The notes under the pieces are model-generated. The model had not been told where the DNA came from. It worked only from the letters and a program-made list of their open reading frames with translations, and ran no database searches. A stretch of 64,000 nt of DNA from an uncultured Phycisphaerales bacterium. GTDB taxonomy: Bacteria; Planctomycetota; Phycisphaerae; Tepidisphaerales; Tepidisphaeraceae. Position numbers and translations under genes: made by a program. Below, one piece after another: positions 32,501 through 43,258 of this stretch (the stretch's first letter is position 1; the number at the start of each line of letters is the position of its first letter). The stretch spans positions 2,592,001 to 2,656,000 of the forward strand of contig CAVWLP010000002.1 of NCBI GenBank assembly GCA_963755915.1. Direction: 5' to 3'.

Positions 32501-33346
32501 TCGCCGCTGACGATCGGGCCGGGCGGAGCGCTGGGGGCGTCGTTGACGCTGGGCGGGGGCCAACTGCTTAGCGTTGCCGAGGGCGTTACGGTTTCTGGAA
32601 GTCTTGCCATCGCGGGCGGCGTGCTTGCGGCGCCGCTGACAATCGCTTCCGGCGGAAAAGTGACGATCGCGGCGAATGAAGGCGGGCAGACTTTTTCTTC
32701 GCTGAGCATCGCCGGCGGGGGCGTGCTGGATCTGAGCAATAACCACATTTACATTGATTATGGCGCCAGCGACCCGACCGCGACGATAGCCGGTTATATC
32801 CGGTCGGGCTACAACGGGGGAAACTGGAACGGCTCGGGGATCATTTCCTCGAGTGCCGGAACCCTGACGGGTGGCCTGCGGTATGGCGTCGGGTGGGCGG
32901 ACGGCGCGGACGGTGCGGTTTCGGGATTGTCATCGGGTCAGATCGAATTGAAATATACGCTGCTCGGGGACGCCAATCTTGACGGGGTCGTCAACGGCTC
33001 CGATTTCTCGATCCTGGCGGCGAATTTCGGGCTGGGGAATACCAACTGGGATCAGGGGAATTTCTTTTATGGCTCATCGGTAAATGGGTCGGACTTCACG
33101 GCTCTGGCGGTGAATTTCGGGCAGGGGGATTCGGGGGCGGATGGGACGGTGTCGCAAGCGGACATTGCGGCGCTGGATGCGTTTGCGGGGGCGAATGGGT
33201 TGGGGTTGCCGACGATTTCTGTTGTGCCGGAGCCTGGATCGTTGGGGTTCATCGTGGTTGGCGGGTTGACATTTCTGCGACGGCGGCGGGTCGGGGATGC
33301 GCCCCGCGGTTCGACTGAGCTCACCGAAATCAAGCGGGGCCGCTAA
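29568..33346 (+). CDS. Beta-helix repeat (autotransporter-passenger-like) surface protein with dockerin-like module and PEP-CTERM; frameshift near 32305
   Basis: Repeated GxGTFxQSGGxN...LxLG...GxYxLSG units; ORFs 29568..32351 and 32333..33346 join into one reading. Confidence 0.8.
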
Positions 33347-33399
33347 ACTTGGGGATCGAGGGCTGGTCGGGGCGACCGCAGTACGCGGGCGGAGAGATC

Positions 33400-34185
33400 T
33401 CAAGGCTGTGGGTCGGTGGGGCTATCCTGACCACCGGCGAGAAATTTGGAGACCAATTCGCTGCGGCCGCTGACGCCGAAACGGCGATAAATTTCTTTCA
33501 TGTGATCGTTGACGGTGTGGCCGGAAAGGGAAAGACTGCGTGCGATCTGCTTTATGCCTTCGCCGGTGAGCAAGCGGAGAAGGACCTGGCGTTGGCGGGG
33601 GGAGAGTTTGTTGACGTGCTCGGAAGCGGGGATGTTGGTTCCCTCGCGATGGAGCCAGTCGATTTCTTCCGTTATGACATGGAGGATGCAGACATCGCGC
33701 GGGGTGAACATGGGCCGATCGAGGCGGCGAAGGAGAGCGATTGTGCTGAAGTAACGGTCTCCAAACGGATATGATGAACTTATCCAGTCCCCCAGATCCG
33801 CCTTGGCGTAATAATTCTGAAAAAGTTCGGAAGCAAACCACTCGGAGTCGGGAAAAATATCCGCGCGCTTTCGGGTGCGGTGGATCTCGGAACCTATTCT
33901 CATCGCTGCGTTGAAATCCTTGGCCGCGGGAGTCGTCGTCGCCTCGGCGTATAGCATTAGCTGCGCTTCGCTGGTCCATCCCCCCTCGATAAATGCAAAG
34001 CACATGGGAATTCCGTCCTTGGCGTTATCGTGGAAATGGACCCATACCCAAAAATCGGCCTCCATCAGCTTGGCCATGCCTTCAAGCAAGAATCGGCGCT
34101 TGCCGGGAGTGTCGGTTTCCAAAACCGCAACGTCACCGAGCAATCGGACGATTTTGCGAACATCTCGAACAGTCAGGTGTTCCAT
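33400..34185 (-). CDS. LuxR-type HTH transcriptional regulator (paralogue 2)
   Basis: LSPRQRQVLLRLLTGEGIKQIARSLSLSGHTVNDHMKEIYRRFGVSGRSEL. Confidence 0.9.
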   Translation of the reverse strand: MEHLTVRDVRKIVRLLGDVAVLETDTPGKRRFLLEGMAKLMEADFWVWVHFHDNAKDGIPMCFAFIEGGWTSEAQLMLYAEATTTPAAKDFNAAMRIGSEIHRTRKRADIFPDSEWFASELFQNYYAKADLGDWISSSYPFGDRYFSTIALLRRLDRPMFTPRDVCILHVITEEIDWLHREGTNIPASEHVNKLSPRQRQVLLRLLTGEGIKQIARSLSLSGHTVNDHMKEIYRRFGVSGRSELVSKFLAGGQDSPTDPQP

Positions 34186-34202
34186 AAGTCGCTGGGTGCA
34201 TC

Positions 34203-34988
34203 TCAAGGCCGCGCATCGATTGGGCGATCCTGTCCACCGGCGAGAAATTTCGAAACCAATTCGCTGCGCCCGCTGACGCCGAATCGGCGGTAGATTTCCT
34301 TCATATGATCGTTGACGGTGTGGTTGGAAAGGGAAAGCCTGCGGGCAATCTCTTTTATGCCCTCCCCCGCCAGCAACCTCAAAAGAACTTGGCGCTGTCG
34401 GGGAGACAATTTGTTCACATGCTCTGAAGCGGGAATATTGGTCCCTTCGCGGTGGAGCCAGTCAATTTCTTCGGTTAAAACATGTACGATGCAGACATCG
34501 CGCGGGGTGAACATCGGCCTATCGAGTTGCCGAAGCAGCATGATTGAGCTGAAGTAACTGTCTCCAAGTGGATAGGTGGAACTTATCCAGTCGCCGAGAT
34601 CGGCCTTGGCATAATAATTATGGAAAAGTTCGGACGAAAACCACTCGGAGTCGGGAAGAATATCGACTCGCTTTCGGGTGCGGTGGAGTTCGCAACCTAT
34701 TCGATGCGCTTCGTTGTAACGCTTGGCAACGGGAGTTGTCGTGGCCTCGGCGAATAACATTCGCTGCGCTTCGCTGGCCCATCCCCCCTCAATAAATGCG
34801 AAGCCCATGGGAATTCCGTCCTTGGCGTTATCCTGGAAATGGATCCATGCCCATATATCGGCCTCGACCATCCTGGCCATGCCTTCGAGGAGGAATCGCC
34901 GCTTGCCTGCGGTGTCGGTTTCCAAGACGGCAACTTCACCGAGCAATCGGACGATTTTGCGAACATCCTTAACGGCGAGGTATTCCAT
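34203..34988 (-). CDS. LuxR-type HTH transcriptional regulator (paralogue 1)
   Basis: Same HTH motif; colinear with and highly similar to the neighbouring gene over its whole length. Confidence 0.9.
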   Translation of the reverse strand: MEYLAVKDVRKIVRLLGEVAVLETDTAGKRRFLLEGMARMVEADIWAWIHFQDNAKDGIPMGFAFIEGGWASEAQRMLFAEATTTPVAKRYNEAHRIGCELHRTRKRVDILPDSEWFSSELFHNYYAKADLGDWISSTYPLGDSYFSSIMLLRQLDRPMFTPRDVCIVHVLTEEIDWLHREGTNIPASEHVNKLSPRQRQVLLRLLAGEGIKEIARRLSLSNHTVNDHMKEIYRRFGVSGRSELVSKFLAGGQDRPIDARP

Positions 34989-34997
34989 GAGCAGGGA

Positions 34998-35804
34998 TCA
35001 AAAATAATAGTAATAGGCGAATACACCGGGAATCGAGCACGCGTAAGCGGCGGAAGTGGTTACGACGTTGGCGTTGAGGTTTACATCGGCGCTGTTGACG
35101 GTGTCAACGCTTCCATCGCTCCAGGCGCGGTTCTGGCAGCTCCAGGGTTGATAGGTGTTGCTGGTGCCGTTGCTGGAATTGAAGTTGACGCCGCCGGACA
35201 TGTGAAAGAACGAATATCCGAGTGGGGCGTTGCCGCTGGTTGAGTACATGAGGGTATCGGCCCAGAGGACGCCGCGGTGTTTTCCCCTGAGGTCGGCGAT
35301 ATCGGAGGCCCTCAAGACAGTGCCGGTGAGGTTGCCGGATTCGTTGACGCGTGCGCAGTAGGCGTAGCCGGTGATCCAATAGTTAAATCCGGCAATAGTC
35401 TGGGGCTGTTGGAAAAGGTCGATTTGGGCGCGAAATGGGCAGACGAAAAGCTTGGGCAATTGAGTTGTAAGCTCGGTTCCGGTGAAGGTTGGGGTCCGCA
35501 AATAGGGGGAAATCTCGTTGAGCAGGCTGGCAGAGATTCCGGAGGGAACATCGCCTTCCACGGGGGCAAGATAGAGTGGGTCAGGATAGGCGTGCTGCTC
35601 GTTGAGATACATCTGGCAGGCGTTGCCGAGCTGGCGGAGCTGATTAGCGCATTCGATATTGACGGCAGTCGCGCGACTCTTTTGCAACGCGGGTAACAAT
35701 ATTCCAACGAGTACGGCAATGATTCCAATGACAACGAGAAGTTCGACGAGGGTAAAGCCAGACGGCGGGGTGCGCGAACTGCCGGCAACTATATAAGTAT
35801 TCAT
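34998..35804 (-). CDS. Prepilin-type N-terminal cleavage/methylation domain protein (planctomycete DUF1559-like)
   Basis: [25 protein letters not shown]...CANQLRQLG...FVCP...NRAWSDGSV. Confidence 0.85.
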   Translation of the reverse strand: MNTYIVAGSSRTPPSGFTLVELLVVIGIIAVLVGILLPALQKSRATAVNIECANQLRQLGNACQMYLNEQHAYPDPLYLAPVEGDVPSGISASLLNEISPYLRTPTFTGTELTTQLPKLFVCPFRAQIDLFQQPQTIAGFNYWITGYAYCARVNESGNLTGTVLRASDIADLRGKHRGVLWADTLMYSTSGNAPLGYSFFHMSGGVNFNSSNGTSNTYQPWSCQNRAWSDGSVDTVNSADVNLNANVVTTSAAYACSIPGVFAYYYYF

Positions 35805-36179
35805 CTCCGCACCCTTTTTGCCACGTTGGCCGAGGTGATCTGGCCGAGTTATGCCCGAAGAGGCATGGCGCACCAAGGCAGGTGAGAATAAGCGACTAGG
35901 GGCAATAATTCAATATTTTTGTGGTTGGGGCGGAAGATGATTTGGCGATTTCAAATAAAAAAACGTAGGAAAAGCCACATATGGAAACGGGAATCATCGC
36001 GGTGTTAAGCACGCGAGGGTCGCCAGTTATGGCCGCGATGTGTGTTACCCCCCCTAAAACAAGGGGGATTTTCGGTGGAGACGCAATTCTGTAAGGTCCG
36101 GACTCTGATGGGGAAATTCGAATCGAGGCGGGCCTGCGCGAGGCAGATTCGCTTTGTTTCAAACGGAAGGGAGAGCGAT

Positions 36180-36941
36180 ATGCGACGGATTAAATCAGGA
36201 TTGTTGGCCGCAAGTCTTCTTTTGGCGTTTGGCGGTCAGTGGGTTCGGGGGGGCACTGACTACAACATCAATTCGGGGGACGTCTTTGCGCAGGTGAGCG
36301 TCGGCGGAAGCCCGACCGGCCAGTCATCGGATGCGTCATCCGGCGCGGCCAATGTGACGGCCGCTGCCGGAAACGCAACCGCGACGACGACCCTCACTTC
36401 GACGGCGACGTCGATTTCGATCAGCAAGAGCGATACGCGGGATGGCACGGCGGGGGACTATTCCCAGTCGCAGTTGGGGCTTTACTTCACGCCAACTCAA
36501 AACCTGGAGTATTCGATCAGCGGTTCGTATTCATTCGATTCATCTTCGTATGTAAATCCTGATTCTCAAGCGACTTATAATGTGTTCCTGACTCAGAGCG
36601 GCAACCCGCTTTATTCCGGCGAGATCACAAATTCTCACACGACACCTTTAAGCCTGACCAGCAACGTCCCTCTTACGGGCAGTCTGACTGGGCTTCTGCA
36701 GGCGGGGGTTGAGTACGAGTATTCCGTGACTTCGAACATCGCCGCCCCCAGCGGCAACGATAGTGGGGATATCGCGACGGGGAACGACAGCATTTCATTC
36801 ACGCCGGTGCCCGAGCCGGGCTCGTTGTCCGTGCTGGGGATGGGGGCTTTCGCTCTCGTGCGACGTCGGAGTCGCTCGTGCGCGTTCGCCAATCGTTCGG
36901 TCGAGCCCCTTTTTTTGCCGTTGGGCAAAGACAGGATTTGA
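36180..36941 (+). CDS. Small PEP-CTERM protein (no dockerin module)
   Basis: Signal peptide MRRIKSGLLAASLLL; Ser/Thr-rich beta domain; VPEPGSL-TM-RRR. Confidence 0.8.
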   Translation: MRRIKSGLLAASLLLAFGGQWVRGGTDYNINSGDVFAQVSVGGSPTGQSSDASSGAANVTAAAGNATATTTLTSTATSISISKSDTRDGTAGDYSQSQLGLYFTPTQNLEYSISGSYSFDSSSYVNPDSQATYNVFLTQSGNPLYSGEITNSHTTPLSLTSNVPLTGSLTGLLQAGVEYEYSVTSNIAAPSGNDSGDIATGNDSISFTPVPEPGSLSVLGMGAFALVRRRSRSCAFANRSVEPLFLPLGKDRI

Positions 36942-36942
36942 A

Positions 36943-37912
36943 GTGAAACCGAATCTGAAATCGATCAAATGGGCAATGCGGGCTTTGGTGATTATGGCCG
37001 CTTCATGCCTGCCGCTCACGAGCGGGTAACGTTTCCGCCGCCATCACAATCGCGACTGTGCCCGTCGGCAACGCGGGTAATGCAGCCGATTCCAGCAATT
37101 TTGGGTCGGTGAGTTACGCATACAACATCGGCGAGTACGATGTGACGGTCAGTCAGTACACGGCGTTTCTCAACGCCGTGGCTCAGACCGATACCTACAG
37201 CCTTTACGACTCAAGCATGGCGGGCACCACGCTTGGTGATCCCGGCATCGCTCAGAACGGTTCTTCAGGAAGCTATAGCTACAGTGTCGCTGCCGGACGT
37301 GGAAATCACCCGGTCACAGATGTGACCTTTTGGGATGCTCTGCGTTTTTCCAACTGGCTCGACAACGGCCAGCCGAACGGAGCCGAGGGCCCGGGCACGA
37401 CCGAGACCGGAGCGTATACGCTGACCTCCACTGCCATCGCCAACAACACAGTGACTCGCAACGCGGGCGCGACGTGGGCTCTCACTAGCGAGAATGAGTG
37501 GTACAAAGCTGCCTACTACGATCCAGCCAATGGTACTTACTCCCTCTACCCAACCCAGAGTAGTACGATTTCGACCTCGCAGGCCAATTATGGTTACTCC
37601 GTAGGGGATACAACCCCCGTGGGGTCCTATGCCTATCCAAGCTACTACGGCACTTACGATCAAGGAGGCAACGTCTGGCAGTGGACCGAATCAATATATT
37701 CCGGTTCGTATCGCGTGATGCGGGGCGGGTCGTTCGTTGACAACGACTACGACATGCAGTCCGGCTATGTCTTCAACTGGCCCGCGTCGGAAGACGACTT
37801 CAGCTTTGGGTTTCGAGTCGTCGAGGTCCCCGAGCCGGCCTCGCTGTGCATCCTGATAAGCGCCCCGGGTCTGATGATGATCCGAAGACGCAGCAACAAG
37901 GGGCTTCCATGA
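36943..37912 (+). CDS. FGE-sulfatase (SUMF1-like) domain PEP-CTERM protein; +1 frameshift near 37026
   Basis: VPVGNAGNAAD, YDVTVSQY, ENEWYKAAY, YDQGGNVWQW, RGGSF, GFRV and VPEP motifs; the signal peptide lies in the preceding frame from GTG 36943. Confidence 0.85.
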
Positions 37913-38007
37913 ATTTCTATCATCGCGGCGCGAGAATTCGTGCTCATTACCACCGATCGCGCCGGTGCCTGAAGCGGGTGTTCTTAACGGAAATCGGAGA
38001 ACAAAAT

Positions 38008-38687
38008 TGACACGTAATATTCGCTGCATTTCACCGCTGGCGTTGGCTGGTCTTGGTCTGGCTGTTGTCGCCGCCCCAATTCAAGCTGCGGTCACGATCT
38101 ATAGCGATCTTCCGACCTTTCAGGCTGCATCTGACACGACGGTGGTCGTAAACTTCAACGCGTTTCCAGCGTTCTACACAAATTATTACATCCCGCCCAA
38201 TGCGCCTTACATCGAGGGAGGCGTGACCTTTACTCCCGTGGACTCGCTTCCGTTCGCTCCCAATCTTTATGTTGAAACGCCATCGCTTCCGGCGACCAGC
38301 GGGCTGGCTGTTGCAAACACGGAGAATGTTTTGACTGCCAGCGGAAACGAGCATTTCGATTTTACATTTTCGGCCTCGCCGACGGCTATCGGCTTTGACA
38401 CCTTCACCAATGACGCGGCGCCGCCAGTTGTCACGATTTATGACACGACCGATGACGTGCTGGCGACGATAAACCTTTCCCAGGCCCCCGATTCTCAAGG
38501 CTTTTTCGGCGTTACCTCAACGGTTCCGATCGGCAAGATAGATTGGCTGGCCACTGACGGACAAAACGTAAATACGGGGGTGGCGGATTTCCGCGTTGGA
38601 ACGGTTCCAGAACCCACTTCTCTATCCCTATTAGGTCTGGGAGCTGGCGCTCTCTTAAGTCGTCGTCGCCGTCACTCTTCCCAATAA
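38008..38687 (+). CDS. Small PEP-CTERM protein
   Basis: Signal peptide ...PIQA|A; FFGVTSTVPI; VPEPTSL-TM-RRRR. Start placed at TTG after GGAG. Confidence 0.75.
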
Positions 38688-38798
38688 ATCTTGACCCCAT
38701 ATGAGGCGATCTCTCGCATTGACGACAACAACCGGAAACATGGCGCTATGAGACATCACTCAACCTACCTCGATCAAAACCCTTAAAAGGAGGCTTCT

Positions 38799-39416
38799 AT
38801 GCGGACTTATCATCGACCTGCAAAAGCTTTGCTCGGCGTTGTTGCGGTACTTATTTCCGTGGGGACGGCGCTGGCGGGCGAGCAAAATGGTGGCGCGGGG
38901 GGCGGGGGTCAGGTGCTTCCGGCGGTGCCCATTGTGCTGCAAATCGCGGCGGAGTTGACCGCTGTCTTTAACACCGGGTTGTCTGTTGGGCTGACTCCTC
39001 CAGCGCCGGACGTGCCGTTTCATGTATTGGTCTCCGACGCGACGGTAGATCGCGGGACCATTCTGTATGTGCCGATCTTTTTCGCGGACGACTCGGGCGG
39101 CGCTCCGGCGGGTTTTCCGAGGAATGTGTACGACCTGCGGGCGGATGCGGACTATCTTCTGGGCTACGTTCTGGCGAACTATGGGGTGACGGCGTTTGTG
39201 GTGCAGGTTGACGGGGTGACGACCGTTCTGGGGTCGGACTATATCGTGGGGACCAAGACACCGCCGCTGCTGGACGGGACGCCGGGGGGGACCAATTACA
39301 TTACGTCGGCCGTTTTTCTGGCGCCGTTGACGGGGGGAACGCATACGGTGGGCATCGGGGGGATCATCAGCGGTGAGCCGGTGGTTTTTGATTCGTATAG
39401 CGTGACCGTTAAGTAA
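38799..39416 (+). CDS. Secreted hypothetical protein
   Basis: Strong SD (AGGAGG), signal peptide ending ALA, 205 aa. Confidence 0.7.
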   Translation: MRTYHRPAKALLGVVAVLISVGTALAGEQNGGAGGGGQVLPAVPIVLQIAAELTAVFNTGLSVGLTPPAPDVPFHVLVSDATVDRGTILYVPIFFADDSGGAPAGFPRNVYDLRADADYLLGYVLANYGVTAFVVQVDGVTTVLGSDYIVGTKTPPLLDGTPGGTNYITSAVFLAPLTGGTHTVGIGGIISGEPVVFDSYSVTVK

Positions 39417-39532
39417 TCGCCGGAATGAACTAAAGGAGACGTGAACCTATTACAGCAGTTGTGCCTGCATTTGGAGCGGAAATGCTCGCGTCGCCTTTAC
39501 ATCTTCCGTCGTCTTTTGGTCCTCTTCACGGC

Positions 39533-39580
39533 CCCCATGGCGCGACCGGGATTGTCCCCGGCCGCCATGGGGATTTTATT
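39533..39580 (+). terminator. Terminator-like hairpin
   Basis: CCCCATGGCG...CGCCATGGGG 10-bp stem followed by ATTTTATT. Confidence 0.5.
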
Positions 39581-39666
39581 GACCGACAATTCGCTGGAGC
39601 TGAGGTTCGCTCTGGAAACTCTGCGCTACAAAAGAACAGAAAATTCACAAGCAAAAGGAGCAAACA

Positions 39667-40923
39667 ATGCGTACTTTGAAATCTGCCAGGCTCACGACAG
39701 GCGTGCTTTTTTCCCTCTGTCTTTACAGGGGTTCAGCTTCCTTCGCGCAGCTTTACACCCTAGGGTCGGGCAGCATCTTCGCTCAGGAAGAAATCGGCGG
39801 AAATACAACCCTCGACACGGCCAGCGTCTCCTCCGGCTCGGCTTCCGTCACCACCAACACGCCAAGTGATTTCGCCTCCACCGGCTTCACCGCTTCCACG
39901 AACGGTCTGTCACTTGGCGTGAGCGGCACCCGGGACGGAACTTCGGGCGACTATTCGGAGTCGCAGTGGGGTGTCTATTTCACCCCCACCGAGAACCTCA
40001 GCTACACGATCAACGGCACGTACAACGCCTCGACTTCCCCCGTAACATACAACACGTTCCTCACCCAGGGGGGCAACAATCTCTTCGAAGGCAACATCAC
40101 CACCGCCTCCGGCCAGCAAAATCTGAACCTCGACTCCAACGTCTCCATCATCCAGGGCTCACTCACCGGGACTCTGCTCGCGGGCGTGCAGTACGATTAT
40201 TCCGGCACGTCCGAGATCACTTCGAATGGCGACAGCGGCGCGAGCGCGGCTGGAAACGAGAGCATTTCATTTGCCCCGCTCTCTCCGCCGCAGGGGCAGA
40301 CGTTGCCCGCGGCGTTGAATTACAAAATCGTCGGCGCACCGATCGTGGCGGGAGGCGGGCCGGCGGTCCCAGATCCTGGCATCGATGTCAGCCTCAACCC
40401 GCAGCCGCTTCCGCCTTTCCCAGACCCCGGGGCGACGCTGAGCCTCGTCAACCCCGGCGATCCGGTTCTGACGGATCCGGCGGTGGCTTCCAGCTACGTC
40501 CTCGACTTCGGCATGGACGCCGGGGGCGCTGTTTCCTTCAACGTCCCTAATCCCTCGGACCCCAACGACATCAGCTTCACCGCGACCGGACCGGGCGGCG
40601 ACCCGTACACCGTCAGCCTCCAAATCGGGGGTGGCGTCGTCAACCCCGGTTCTTTCGTCGAGCTAAATCCGCAGCCGCTCCCGCCGTTTCCCGACCCCGG
40701 CTACAGCTTCGTCGAATTCCAATTCAGCTTTGAACAAGCCGAAGATCCCACGCTCGCCTTTCAGGTCAGCAGCGGAAACACTGATTTTGGATTCGCGGCG
40801 GTGCCAGAGCCAGCTTCCGTCACATTGATTGGTGCACCCATGCTTGGGCTGCTGATGCGCAGGCGGCGCACGGCGGACCGTTTTTCGTCGAACCCAAGGT
40901 TTCAAGCCACAGGAACTCTTTGA
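39667..40923 (+). CDS. PEP-CTERM protein: domain paralogous to 36180..36941 plus a domain with duplicated LNPQPLPP motif
   Basis: TRDGTSGDYSESQ...YFTPT matches the 36180 gene; LNPQPLPPFPDPG occurs twice; VPEP tail. Confidence 0.8.
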   Translation: MRTLKSARLTTGVLFSLCLYRGSASFAQLYTLGSGSIFAQEEIGGNTTLDTASVSSGSASVTTNTPSDFASTGFTASTNGLSLGVSGTRDGTSGDYSESQWGVYFTPTENLSYTINGTYNASTSPVTYNTFLTQGGNNLFEGNITTASGQQNLNLDSNVSIIQGSLTGTLLAGVQYDYSGTSEITSNGDSGASAAGNESISFAPLSPPQGQTLPAALNYKIVGAPIVAGGGPAVPDPGIDVSLNPQPLPPFPDPGATLSLVNPGDPVLTDPAVASSYVLDFGMDAGGAVSFNVPNPSDPNDISFTATGPGGDPYTVSLQIGGGVVNPGSFVELNPQPLPPFPDPGYSFVEFQFSFEQAEDPTLAFQVSSGNTDFGFAAVPEPASVTLIGAPMLGLLMRRRRTADRFSSNPRFQATGTL

Positions 40924-40933
40924 AAGGACCAAT

Positions 40934-43258
40934 ATGCAACGCAATCACAGGCTGTATGCCAATTTCGGGTCCCGGAAAAACACCTCTCTCGGCGCAGCGA
41001 CGAAGAGCAATCGCCGGATGCTAATTTCCCACGCTTCCACCAGCGCCGTCGCAGGCCTGCTTCTGGCGGCGTCGAATGTCCGGGCGCAGTATACTTTTAC
41101 CAACGTCGCCGATACCACAACGGCCGCGCCCAGCGGCGCTTTCACTTACTTCGACCCTCCCTCGATCAGCGGGGGTAACGCCGCCTTTCAGGGGTATTAC
41201 AATGGAAGCTCCGGCATATTCACTGGAAGCGGCGGCGCGCTCACGACCATTGCCACACAGGGCCAAGCCGCACCAGCGCCAATGGGGCCCTTTACCGGCA
41301 TTACCGATCCGTCGATTAGCGACGGCACCGTGGCATTTGCGGCAGGTGACGCGAATTCCAATACCGGCATCTTCACCGGCAACGGTGGCGCGCTGGCCAC
41401 CGTCGAGGAGAACGGCGCCCCATCACCCGATGGAGGAACGTTCGATAACTCCTTTGCCTTCCAACCGGCGATCAGCGGAGCTAACGTCGCATTTAGCGCG
41501 TTTACCACTGTGGGGTTGGGCGTTTTCGCGCACATCGGCGGTACATTTGCTACCATCTGCGAGGCGTATTCCACACCCGCGCCGTTCGGATCGTTTGACG
41601 GTTTTGGGGGGACTCCTTCCATCAGTGGCGGCGTCGTCGCGTTCTCGGCTGATTATCAGACCCTGGATGCCCAGCAGTCCGGCAGCGGCGTTTTCACGGG
41701 TAGCGGCGGCGCATTGACCACAATTGCCAAATCCGGTGATCCAGCCCCAACCGGCACATTCAGCATTGTTGGATCGCCGGTGATAAGCGGCAATACGGTA
41801 GCGTTTTATGGCTCCTTCAACGGCGGAACGCAAGACGGCATCTTCACGAGTAGCGGAGGCGCGCTAACCACCATCGTGCAAAGCGGCCAGGCCGCCCCGA
41901 CTGGGACTTTCGACCTATATGGCGTTTCCGGCCTGTCCTTCGATGGCAATACCGTCGCCTTTGAAGACTCCTACGGAGATGACGCCGGCCAGGGCATCTT
42001 CACAGGCACCGGCGGCGCACTCACCCCAGTCATCAAAACCGGCGATTCCCTCTTCGGCAGCACGGTCGATTATCTGGGCTTCGGTCAATCCGCTCTCGAT
42101 GACGATGACAGCGGCGATATCGCCTTCGCCTACGGACTCGCCGACGGCGTTTATGGAGTGGCAATTGCCGCCGGCGGCGGCCAGGGTCAGGGTCAGAGTC
42201 TGACTTGGAACGACGCTGGTTACGCCGCGCAGAGCGATGGCCGCACCTGGGACATTGGATTCAATTACAACTGGAACAACGAAACTGCCAACACTGTCTA
42301 CTCGGAAGGCAGCAATGTCGTATTCAATGATGACAACAATTCCAACTTGATGAACGGCGGCTACAATCTCGTCGCCTACGACGTGACGTTGAATACGACC
42401 GTCCACCCCGGCTCGGTAACGGTCGACACCGCAGGCAGTTACTCGATCACCGGCAGCGGCACAATCGTCGACACCGGCTCCTTCCTCAAATTCGGCACCG
42501 GCACGATGACCCTGGGTACGGGCCTAACGGCCAGCAGCATGATTATCAAAGCTGGAACGCTGGCCATCGCGACCAACTCCACAATTGGCACCGGCTCGCC
42601 CATCGTCGTCGCCAGCAACATCAACATCACTTCGCTGACAATCACCGGCACCGGCGTGCTCGACATCACCAACAACCATATCATCATCGATTACACATCA
42701 AGTGACCCGAACTCGACCATCTACGGGTATCTGCAAAGTGGCTACAACAACGGTCTCTGGAACGGCCCCGGCATCATCTCCTCGACCGCCCAGACGCTCA
42801 CGAACGGTCTGCGCTATGGCATCGGCTTCGCCGACGGCGCCGATCACGTCGTCACCGGGCTGCTTTCAGGTGAGATGGAATTGAAATACACGCTGCTCGG
42901 GGACGCCAACCTCGACGGGACCGTTAACGGAAGTGATTTCTCCATCCTCGCGGCGAATTTCGGCCTGGGCGTTACCAACTGGGACCAAGGCAACTTCCTG
43001 TACGGCAGTTCAGTGAACGGTTCCGATTTCAGCGCGCTTGCGGCCAACTTCGGGCAGGGGGACAGCGGGGCGGCTGTCGCGGTTTCGCCGGCCGACATGG
43101 CGGCGCTCGATTCCTTTGCCGCGGCGAACGGGCTGGCCGTGCCATCATTCGCGTCGATTCCCGAACCGACGTCACTCTCAGTGCTTATCGCCTCGGAGGT
43201 GACCTTGACGTTCAGGCAATCTAGAAAAGTCCGCAAACACCAACGGAGACAGCAATGA
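40934..43258 (+). CDS. PEP-CTERM protein with tandem PxIxGxxxAF...GIFTGSGG repeats (probable beta-propeller) and dockerin-like module
   Basis: About 7 repeats of roughly 48 aa, then the shared stalk and IPEP tail. Confidence 0.8.
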   Translation: MQRNHRLYANFGSRKNTSLGAATKSNRRMLISHASTSAVAGLLLAASNVRAQYTFTNVADTTTAAPSGAFTYFDPPSISGGNAAFQGYYNGSSGIFTGSGGALTTIATQGQAAPAPMGPFTGITDPSISDGTVAFAAGDANSNTGIFTGNGGALATVEENGAPSPDGGTFDNSFAFQPAISGANVAFSAFTTVGLGVFAHIGGTFATICEAYSTPAPFGSFDGFGGTPSISGGVVAFSADYQTLDAQQSGSGVFTGSGGALTTIAKSGDPAPTGTFSIVGSPVISGNTVAFYGSFNGGTQDGIFTSSGGALTTIVQSGQAAPTGTFDLYGVSGLSFDGNTVAFEDSYGDDAGQGIFTGTGGALTPVIKTGDSLFGSTVDYLGFGQSALDDDDSGDIAFAYGLADGVYGVAIAAGGGQGQGQSLTWNDAGYAAQSDGRTWDIGFNYNWNNETANTVYSEGSNVVFNDDNNSNLMNGGYNLVAYDVTLNTTVHPGSVTVDTAGSYSITGSGTIVDTGSFLKFGTGTMTLGTGLTASSMIIKAGTLAIATNSTIGTGSPIVVASNINITSLTITGTGVLDITNNHIIIDYTSSDPNSTIYGYLQSGYNNGLWNGPGIISSTAQTLTNGLRYGIGFADGADHVVTGLLSGEMELKYTLLGDANLDGTVNGSDFSILAANFGLGVTNWDQGNFLYGSSVNGSDFSALAANFGQGDSGAAVAVSPADMAALDSFAAANGLAVPSFASIPEPTSLSVLIASEVTLTFRQSRKVRKHQRRQQ

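Noticed and set aside
39441-39869. 142-aa ORF overlapping the start of the 39667 gene
   Set aside because: No recognisable motif; it crosses a terminator-like hairpin and overlaps a gene with a good SD.
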